Assembly (NCBI GenBank): GCA_043798915.1 | Contig: JAZDOG010000081.1 | Coordinates: 1 to 15,540 of the forward strand | Direction of reading: 5' to 3' | Length of the DNA stretch: 15,540 nt | Source of the DNA: Pseudomonadota bacterium | Lineage (GTDB): Bacteria; UBA10199; 2-02-FULL-44-16; JAAZCA01 | Shown here: piece by piece, positions 7,991-15,300 of the stretch | Layout of the letters: every line of letters starts with the position of its first letter | How positions within the stretch are numbered: position 1 is the stretch's first letter | The notes under the pieces: model-generated | Databases searched by the model: none | What the model saw: the letters and a program-made list of their open reading frames with translations, nothing else | What the model was told of the DNA's origin: nothing | Translations under genes and position numbers: made by a program

Positions 7991-9513
7991 CGCCATTTCC
8001 TCCTCTGCGGCCGGCGCGTCTCGGATGCAGCCGCGCCGCCATCGACGTCCGCCTCTTTGACGTCTCCGCCGCGGCGGCCGGCCAGATATGATCCATACTC
8101 CTTCTTCGATCGGTCGCGGATCATCGACTCCTCGGTCGCGAGGAATTCCTTGAGTTCTGCCTCCGCCGGCGTCGGCTGCTCCACGAGCCTTGGCGTCACG
8201 AAGATCACGAATTCGGACCGGTTCGACTGGAAGTCCTTCGAGAGGAAGAGGGCGAAGAGCGCCGATGAGGTGTCGAGATCCCGAGGGACGCGGTTTCTCA
8301 TCTTCACTTCGCCGTTCCTCACGATGTTGCCGAGCACCAGGCTCTGGCCGAATTTGCAGATCGCGCTCGTCGAGACGGTGTTCGTGTCGATGGCGCCCCG
8401 GAGGTCCGCCGTCGGCGAGGAGAGGGTCGCGGTGAGCTTCACGTCAACGCCGCCGGCCACCTCTATCGGAGTCGCCTCGATGTCTATCCCCATCTTTTTG
8501 AACTGCACGTCCTGGCCCTTGTAATAGGGGACCTCCGTCCCGCTGAATATCTTCGCGTCCTCTCCGCTCTTGACGACGATCGACGGATTTTCGAGCACCC
8601 GGCCGTCGCCGCGCTCGCGCACGAGTTGGAGCTTCGGCACAAGCTGGAAGACGAAGCCGATCAGTTCCTTCCCTAAGCCGCTGATGGATGAGAGCAGCCC
8701 CGCGCCGCTGCCGTTTCCGGCGTTGGCATGCCCGCCCGATGGGAAGGCGCCGGGCGCCCAGTTGATGCCCAGCTGCCTCAGCGCCGACTTCTTGATCTCC
8801 ATCATGTGGAAGGTGAGCTCGATCATCTTTCCGCGGCCGACCTGCCTCTTCGTGTCGCGCGCGTCGATCAGGTCCAAAACCTCGGGCGAGTAGAGCTTTG
8901 CTATCTCCACGGCGCGCTTTGCGTCGGCCTGGCTGTAGGCCACGCCCTCGAGGACGATGCGGTCGCGAACGGAGCGGACCGTCACGCCAGGAACGTCGAT
9001 CGATTTCGCGATGGCGTCTGCGAGCTGGCCGATCGCGTCGTGAGCGAGCCTGATGCGGCTCCTGATCCGCGGGTCTTGGCGGGCCACGCCTTCGATGTGG
9101 CGGAAGTCCTCCGGCTCGGCGACCTCGCCAGTCACCTCCACGTGTCCGTTCTGCACGCTGACCTTCACGCCGGAGAGTTCGCCGAATTCGCTCTTCGCCT
9201 TGTCGAGGACCTCCTTGAGGGACGTCGTCACGACCCTCACCTGGAACTCGTCTCGCTTGGCGCCAGCGGCATCCCACACCGTGACCATCGTCTCGCCGCC
9301 GCCGCGCGCGTTCACATAGATGGAGCGGCGGTCCTGCGAGACGATGTAGTCGCACACGCCGGGATCAGCCACGGCGACGTCGCCCACGTCGTAGCCGAGT
9401 TCGACGGTCGTCGACTGCCCCTTCATGAGGGACTGCGACGAGATGGCCGCCGCTGCCGGAATCGCAGTGCCGATGATCGCTGCCGCCATAATCGAAGATA
9501 TTATCAATCGCAT
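7987..9513 (-). CDS. cpaC: Tad secretin CpaC/RcpA, 508 aa: signal peptide, pilus-formation N-terminal domain, two BON-like domains, secretin domain
   Basis: DVGDVAVADPGVCD...YVNARGGGETMVTVWD (CpaC N-domain); two BON-like repeats (VKVSVQNGHVEVTGEV and VTVRSVRDRIVLEGVAYSQADAKRAVEIA); secretin motifs EIKKSALRQLGINW, RVLENPSIVVKSGEDAKIFSGTEVP and SEFVIFVTP. AAGGAG RBS. Confidence 0.92.
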   Translation of the reverse strand: MRLIISSIMAAAIIGTAIPAAAAISSQSLMKGQSTTVELGYDVGDVAVADPGVCDYIVSQDRRSIYVNARGGGETMVTVWDAAGAKRDEFQVRVVTTSLKEVLDKAKSEFGELSGVKVSVQNGHVEVTGEVAEPEDFRHIEGVARQDPRIRSRIRLAHDAIGQLADAIAKSIDVPGVTVRSVRDRIVLEGVAYSQADAKRAVEIAKLYSPEVLDLIDARDTKRQVGRGKMIELTFHMMEIKKSALRQLGINWAPGAFPSGGHANAGNGSGAGLLSSISGLGKELIGFVFQLVPKLQLVRERGDGRVLENPSIVVKSGEDAKIFSGTEVPYYKGQDVQFKKMGIDIEATPIEVAGGVDVKLTATLSSPTADLRGAIDTNTVSTSAICKFGQSLVLGNIVRNGEVKMRNRVPRDLDTSSALFALFLSKDFQSNRSEFVIFVTPRLVEQPTPAEAELKEFLATEESMIRDRSKKEYGSYLAGRRGGDVKEADVDGGAAASETRRPQRRKWR

Positions 9514-9540
9514 AGACGCTCCTTGGCTGATAGCTGCTTT

Positions 9541-10386
9541 TTATCTCCCCTTGTATTCCCGATATCCCTTTTTCATCGGCACGAGTTCGTCGTGACCGCC
9601 GGTGATCGTCGCGATCGTCGTAGGCGGGGTGCGCTCCGCGCCGGCATCGTCGCCCCAGGCGCGAAGCGCGACGGTGAGCGCACCGGACTCGCGCGCAAAG
9701 GCGAGCGCCTGCGCCTCGGCAGGCGTGACGGCGAGCGTGGCGGTCGCCTGCGCTCGACCGGGGACCATGGCCTGGCCGCCGAACATGCCTCCCTTTGCGG
9801 CGGCGCTCTTCGGCGCCGGCAGCGCATCGGCGATCTCGCTGCCGACGGCGAGAACCTGCACATCCTCGACGATGGTGAGAGTGGTGCGCCGGACCGAAGA
9901 CTCCTGCCCGAGATCGAACGTGGCCATCACATCGACCACGTCGTAGGGCTTTATGATTCCGGAGGAGCCCGCCGCGTCGTCGAGCGGAATGGCCACCGCC
10001 CTCCTCCCGGCGGGTATGACCGCCGCGAGCCCGCGAGCATCGCCGACGCGGCGCGCGTTGGCTGGCGTCATGTGCGCGCCGGCTCTGATGGGGACGACGG
10101 CGACGCGGCCGGCTGCGTCAGAAACGGATGAGAAGGCGGCGGGCTGGACGAACCGCCGAGGCACGCGCGCCATGCCGATCGCGTTCTCGTCGATCGCCTC
10201 GCCAGCGGCGATGTCGCGCGCGGCGACCGCCACGCCCACTGGCTCGGCCACGCTCATAATACTCGCCTCGCGGCTGCCGAGGTAGCCAGCTGCAAAGAGG
10301 CAGGCGGCCAGCGCTGAGACGCACGCGACCAGGAGCGGCTTCTGTTTTACGATTTCACCAATCTGCACAGATCGGATCTGAAACAA
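9541..10386 (-). CDS. cpaB: Flp pilus assembly protein CpaB/RcpC (SAF domain), 281 aa
   Basis: N-terminal TM helix; SAF domain VAVAARDIAAGEAI; LAAVIPAGRRAVAIPLDDAAGSSGIIKPYDVVDV; IVEDVQVLAVG; ATLAVTPAEAQALAFA...GALTVALR. The TTG start is preceded by a strong SD (AGGAGGTGA). Confidence 0.93.
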   Translation of the reverse strand: MFQIRSVQIGEIVKQKPLLVACVSALAACLFAAGYLGSREASIMSVAEPVGVAVAARDIAAGEAIDENAIGMARVPRRFVQPAAFSSVSDAAGRVAVVPIRAGAHMTPANARRVGDARGLAAVIPAGRRAVAIPLDDAAGSSGIIKPYDVVDVMATFDLGQESSVRRTTLTIVEDVQVLAVGSEIADALPAPKSAAAKGGMFGGQAMVPGRAQATATLAVTPAEAQALAFARESGALTVALRAWGDDAGAERTPPTTIATITGGHDELVPMKKGYREYKGR

Positions 10387-10696
10387 TTTTCACCTCCTGC
10401 GGCGCGCTAATTTCCCGGCGCAGCTTGCCAGCGCCTATGGCGACTGGCTCCCCGCCGTGGACGAACGAAACTTTTCCCATCTTCTCGATGCACATCCTTT
10501 GAAAACCCTGGCCCAGGTGCGACGCGTCCCACTCGCGGAGCGCCGCCGACGCCTCCGCCTCAGCGGACGCAACGTCGTGCACACCCTGCGTGAAGAGCGC
10601 CGCGAACTGTATAATGATAAGAAAGAAGAGCGCCGCCAGCGGCGTCATCGCCGCAACCTCGATCATCGCGTTGCCTCTGTTCCCTTTGAGATTCAA
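10355..10696 (-). CDS. TadE/TadF-like minor pilin, about 113 aa
   Basis: Class III signal RG|NAMIE (Glu at +5) followed by a hydrophobic helix. Probable TTG start at 10696 (TTGA overlap with the upstream stop, GAGGA RBS). Two Cys (RMCIE, PICADW) could form a disulfide. Confidence 0.75.
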   Translation of the reverse strand: MNLKGNRGNAMIEVAAMTPLAALFFLIIIQFAALFTQGVHDVASAEAEASAALREWDASHLGQGFQRMCIEKMGKVSFVHGGEPVAIGAGKLRREISAPQEVKIVSDPICADW

Positions 10697-11547
10697 TGCC
10701 GCATTTCCTCGTACCCGGCGCCCAGCGTCCACATCGGCACGAGCGCCGCGTGGTAGAGTTCGTCGGACCCCTCTGCCGATATCTGGTCCCTGGCCTCGCT
10801 CACGGTGTCAGTGGCCTTCAGCGCAAAGTTTCTGACTGAACCGCCGAAGGCCTGCGCGGCGGCAGAGGCGCTGATCTCCACATGGTCGAAGAATTTGCCC
10901 AGCAGCATCGGCCTGATCGTTTCGCTGGCGAGCACACCGATCGTCGCATCGGGCCCCTTGGGTTTGACAAGGTAGCTCTTGTGGTCGTAGCTCTTTGTCT
11001 CTACAGACGTTGGATCTAAATAATCCGTTCCGGTGACATAGCTATAGTCCACGTGCCCGTCCTGTTCCTGTTCCTCACTATCCGAGAGAAATACCCCTCC
11101 GGGCAAAACGGTGCGACCGGTTGAATTGGGCGCGTTCGCCGCGAGGAGATTCAGCGCATAGGCGTTGGCCCGTGCCGGCATTTCATCCTGAATCTCCCTG
11201 ATGTTTTCGGAATCCACATCGTACCCGCGTTTGAATGAGGCGATGCGCCTCTGGGATGTCGCTTTGGTCTGCTGCGAGTCGCTGCCAAATTCGCTCACTA
11301 GATTGCGCCAGTCTTTGTATATCCGCCAGTTCTGGAAGGATATCTCATTAAGCGCATCCGCCAGCACGACGGCGCCCACATATGCCGCTCGATCGGCGGC
11401 GGCCTCGAGCCTCGCCCGTGCGACGGCTATGCGCCCGAGGTCGATGGCGAGCGCCAACATCACCACCATGAGCGGAACGGCGATCATGATGAGCACCGCC
11501 ACGCTCCCCCGCTCTTTTCCCGCGGATTTTCTCACGGATAATCGCAT
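10693..11547 (-). CDS. tadG: TadG-like (Tad domain) minor pilin, about 284 aa, no vWA domain seen
   Basis: ERG|SVAVLIMIAVPLMVVMLALAIDLGRIAVARARLEAAADRAAYVGA is the typical Tad N-terminal motif (D.G......LQ.AAD.AA..GA). ATG 11547 has a GGGAGG RBS. Confidence 0.82.
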   Translation of the reverse strand: MRLSVRKSAGKERGSVAVLIMIAVPLMVVMLALAIDLGRIAVARARLEAAADRAAYVGAVVLADALNEISFQNWRIYKDWRNLVSEFGSDSQQTKATSQRRIASFKRGYDVDSENIREIQDEMPARANAYALNLLAANAPNSTGRTVLPGGVFLSDSEEQEQDGHVDYSYVTGTDYLDPTSVETKSYDHKSYLVKPKGPDATIGVLASETIRPMLLGKFFDHVEISASAAAQAFGGSVRNFALKATDTVSEARDQISAEGSDELYHAALVPMWTLGAGYEEMRH

Positions 11548-11975
11548 GCGCGATATCCTCCCGAATCGTTGCAATATGGCGCCGGAGTGTCGCCTCCTTG
11601 GAGCACCGCATCGGAGAGGCCGGGGGTCAACGCATCCGCCCTCGGGCTCTCCCTCCAGAGCAGGCGGGCGGGACCGAGCGCCGGGATATTGATAAGCGAA
11701 TTGGCGACCGCCACGATTTTCACCGGCTGAGAGGCATCGCTGGCCTCTGTGAGCCCCCCGCGAAAGAGAGGACGATCGAGCATCGCATAGAGTTCCACAT
11801 CGGCGAGGTCGCCCTGATAGACGGCTGAGACGCGCGCTGCGCGCATCGCCGCGTGCTGTGCCATGGCGCTCCTCACTCCCGTGAGCGCACCCTCGAAGAC
11901 GACGAAGATGAGCAGGAGCGCCATCGGCAGGACGATGGCGAATTCGACAAGCGATTGGCCTCTCGCATATCTCAT
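11532..11975 (-). CDS. tadE: TadE-like minor pilin, 147 aa
   Basis: RG|QSLVEFAIVLPMALLLIFVVFEGA...AQHAAMRAAR is the TadE signature. ATG 11975 has a GAGG RBS and lies 11 nt after the flp stop. C-terminal Cys pair YCNDSGGYRAC. Confidence 0.88.
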   Translation of the reverse strand: MRYARGQSLVEFAIVLPMALLLIFVVFEGALTGVRSAMAQHAAMRAARVSAVYQGDLADVELYAMLDRPLFRGGLTEASDASQPVKIVAVANSLINIPALGPARLLWRESPRADALTPGLSDAVLQGGDTPAPYCNDSGGYRACDYP

Positions 11976-11986
11976 GGGCCGCCTCA

Positions 11987-12184
11987 CTAGTTTGGATTCG
12001 ACATCGGCTGGTTCGTCGTGAGCCAGCCCGAGACGTTCTGCGCGAGCTGCGCTATCGCCTGGTTGAACGTCGGGATGAAGTGGCTCGCCGCAGCCACGAG
12101 CCCCAGCACCAGGACTGCCACGATCAGCATGTACTCCGTCGCGGCCTGCCCCTTCCTGTTCCCAACCCTCTTCATGATCGACAT
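11987..12184 (-). CDS. flp: Flp family type IVc major pilin, 65 aa
   Basis: MSIMKRVGNRKG|QAATEYMLIVAVLVLGLVAAA contains the Gly cleavage site, Glu+5/Tyr+6 Flp motif and hydrophobic helix. Strong RBS AAAAAAAGGAGG before ATG 12184. Confidence 0.93.
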   Translation of the reverse strand: MSIMKRVGNRKGQAATEYMLIVAVLVLGLVAAASHFIPTFNQAIAQLAQNVSGWLTTNQPMSNPN

Positions 12185-12226
12185 GGCCCCTCCTTTTTTT
12201 GTCACAACGGATACACACGTTTAGAA

Positions 12227-12243
12227 TGCACGAGCCGTGCCAA
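12227..12243 (-). promoter_or_regulatory. Sigma-54 (RpoN) -24/-12 promoter for flp and the tad operon
   Basis: Minus strand TTGGCACGGCTCGTGCA has one mismatch to consensus YTGGCACGRNNNTTGCW, with exact GG-N10-GC spacing. It lies about 43 nt upstream of the flp ATG; predicted TSS near 12216. Confidence 0.85.
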
Positions 12244-12259
12244 AGTTGAGCTGACGATT

Positions 12260-12272
12260 TTTCAACGAGTTA
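12260..12272. promoter_or_regulatory. Putative IHF binding site
   Basis: Plus strand TTTCAACGAGTTA has one mismatch to WATCAANNNNTTR. It sits at about -44 to -56, between the sigma-54 box and the putative enhancers, where IHF sites usually lie. Confidence 0.5.
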
Positions 12273-12294
12273 GGCTGTCGGATGGGGCAAGAGG

Positions 12295-12332
12295 TGCAGC
12301 GATTGTGTGCAGTGCTGCAGCGTTTTGCTGCA
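12295..12332. promoter_or_regulatory. Two tandem 17-bp TGCA-N9-TGCA dyads, putative upstream activator sequences for an NtrC-family enhancer-binding protein
   Basis: TGCAGCGATTGTGTGCA (12295-12311) and TGCAGCGTTTTGCTGCA (12316-12332; within the inverted repeat CTGCAGC-N5-GCTGCAG). Centres are 21 bp apart, at about -87 and -108 from the predicted TSS. Confidence 0.65.
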
Positions 12333-12369
12333 GTTTGGGATAAATGGGGTAGGGTCCGAACCGGATAGA

Positions 12370-15300
12370 TCAGCGGGGAGGCGCGGAACCGGCGGGGGCG
12401 CTGCCGGGCCCGCCTTTGCGGCCCTTGGACTTAACTTGTTTGCCCGGCGTCTTGCCCCCGGGGCGCGCTGTCGTCCCGGATTTTTCCGGGTGGTGCCTTT
12501 TTGCCGGCCTCTTTCCATCCTTCGCGGCGACCACCAGCTCTTTGAGGCGCTTAAATAGCGGCGCGGCTGACAATATTGGCTCAATCTCCTGGGCGAGCCC
12601 CAGCTCTTCGAGCACCTTCCATAGCGGCAGCGCCTTGACTTTTGCTGTGGCATCCGCATCGAGTGCGATGCCCATTTTTTCATGGACGGACAGCATCCTG
12701 CCTTTCAAAACAGCCACAATTTCGCGCCTTCCCTCCTCGTTGAGGAGGTCCCACAATCCTTTGAGCTTTCCAAATTGATTTTGCATGTCCTTATTCAGAA
12801 AATCAGAGAGGAATCCGATGCCGACCCTTCGAGCGAACTTAAGGATTATGTCGTCACCAATGACAAGGGTCTGCTGGAGTCGATCCAGTGCCGAGAAGTA
12901 TGCCTGCATCCCTTCAAATGTGTCTGCGGCGAATTCGTCCGCTGTATTTTGAATACGCCCCAGGACATACATGAAACGCCAGACGAACGCCCGCCGCAGC
13001 TCATCCGTAACAAGCTCGGGATGCTTGAGTATTGTCTCTGCCCCTTCGCTCAGTTCCCATGGAGTCGTAAAGCTCCGGAACCTTGCCACCTTATAAAGCG
13101 TCTGCACTCCCTCTCTGCCATAGGTGTGTTCGAGGAAATACTTGATGTCGCGATACTGGCTGGGGCGCAGGATATAGAGGAGGGCCCCCACCTCTTCGCC
13201 GGCGCTGCCGCCGAGCGACCGGGCGACATAACGGGAATTATCTATCATCCGGATGGTTCGCGAGAAATCGTTCGATATCCCGGCCGACAACCGCGAAATC
13301 GCCTCCCTCAACGGAGCATCGTCCGCCCGCAGCTTTGCCAAGACATCCGCCACTGCGCTTCGCAAACTCCTGATCTGTGCCCCGCTTGTGCTCATAGCTC
13401 GGCTTCTGAGATCAAACTCGTCAGCAGAAATATGTCCAATAAATGTGTTCAGGTTAGTTGGTCCGTCCAGGCCAAACGCCAGTTCCGCCGCCTGTTCGAC
13501 AACAGCCAGTATCTCGCCGTGCACCATATCCAGATAAAAGGAGCTGTCTGCCAGCATTCTCAGATTATGTGAAATTAGAAAAGCCGGCGCATCTCCGGAT
13601 GAGGATTCGGGTAAATGTGACCGCGCTTTATACTTCTCAAACGCCCTTGCAGCTTCGGGGCCGAACACCCTGTCGATCTCCCGATCCCAAAGGCTCTGCA
13701 GACGCGCAACGACGTCCCCCTCATCGCTCATCGCCTTCACCTCGCGCAAAAGCCCGGACGTGAACCCAACCTTCTGCTGCAGCGCCCTCATCTGCGGGCT
13801 CAGCCGTCCATTGTCCTGGCCGGCGGCAAAAGGTGCGGCTGATCCGCCCGCGCCCTTGCCATCTGGCGCGCGAAATATCTTCAGCGGATCTTTTCCAAAC
13901 GGAGTGAGCGAACCTTCTTGTGCTCCAGGCAATCTTTGGAGACCTCGCACAACCGTATCGATAATATTTCGTACACCGCCAGGTTGGAGGAACGCGGCCA
14001 CTCCGGCGAGCATGTCCACGAGCTGCTCGTGGCCCGCGGTCCCCTCTGCCGGAGTGCCCCTGACAATGTCATCCGCAGCGATGCGCGCGGCATTCAACGC
14101 CCGTTCCGCCCTGGCGTGCTCCACATGCGACCGGACCTTCCCTGCGACATGCCCTGCCACGGCATGCCCGATCTTCTGTCCGACCTTGAGAACTCCCAGC
14201 GTCTTCATGTTGAGGAGAAAGTTCTGGAGGCTCCAGGCATCCTCAGGCCTCCCCTCCGAAAGGCCGACGGCGGCCTCCCAGCTCTGCAGACCCATGAACA
14301 CCACCGCCTCGGCTGAGAGATCGGCCAGCTTGTAGCCGGCCCTTTCTCCACCGTGCATTATCAGATAACACCTTTGCGCCTCACTCAGCTGTGCAGCCGG
14401 CCTCTTGAAGATCGCGAGCGAATCCCCCTCGAATGCCTTCAATGCCTCGGGGTTTCGCTTCAGGGCATTCAAAAATCCCCTCCACTCCGCTTTGGCACGG
14501 ATCGTCTTTGCAAATCCCGCCTCGAACAGCGCCTTGCCCGCGGGGATGGCCGCAAACATCAGGATGTCTTTGACCGATTCTTCCATGTAGCTGCCGGTAT
14601 GCTGTCCGCGAAGCTTGTGCCAGCCAAACTGCGTGGACGTGAATGCCTGCGCGTTGACGACGAATGCCACGGCCTGATGGAGTGCCGGGTTCGCAAGGAC
14701 CTCGCCCGCGATGATATACCTGCGCGCCTTGAGCGCCGTCGATGCCATGCGAAGGATTGCGCCCGAGGCCGCTGCAGCCGCTCCAGCGATCGCCCCGCAG
14801 ACGATGATGGACAGCGTGGATTCGAAGCCGACGTCCAGGAGCAGGTCGCGCGTGCTGTCTTTGATATGCCAGCCCTGGCCTTCAAGGCTTGCCCTCTGCG
14901 CCTCGACCTCCCTGGCCATCTCGGAGTCGATTCCTTTGGATTTCAAAAGCGCGGAGAAGATCAGGCCCGCCGCCTCGTAGGACCTGACCGACGGCCCGCG
15001 CATCCACTGCGCCGTCGCGAACAGGATGCCTGCGCGACGCGCGGGATTCGTCTCATCCGCAACCCTTCGCATCCTTGAAAAAAGCTCGTCGTTTGCCGCG
15101 ACGACCAGATCGGAATAATACTCCGCGGAACCCCTCTCTGAAAAACCGCGCTCGAAGCGTTCACCCAGGACCTCTGCATCTCCTGCCCTGTTGCCCGTCA
15201 TCCAGTTCAGAAAAGCGGCGGCCGACGAGCGCCCTGCCTTTTCCTCCTTCTGCCGCCTTGCCAGCTCGACCGCCTTCTTCTCGATGATATCGATCGCTTC

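Noticed and set aside
6543..8060. 505-aa plus-strand ORF, and similar long plus-strand ORFs at 3792-4703, 5457-6533, 8728-10131 and 12682-13572
   Set aside because: These are antisense shadows of well-supported minus-strand genes in GC-rich DNA, with skewed composition and no recognisable motifs.
11976..12218. The tadE frame stays open across the whole flp gene (228-aa ORF), suggesting a possible frameshift fusion
   Set aside because: tadE has its own RBS, ATG and prepilin signal at 11975. No slippery site is seen inside flp, and open alternative frames are common at this GC content.
12315..12333. Inverted repeat CTGCAGC-N5-GCTGCAG as an intrinsic terminator for the giant ORF
   Set aside because: No U-tract follows on the minus strand, and a second degenerate copy 21 bp away fits a protein-binding dyad better.
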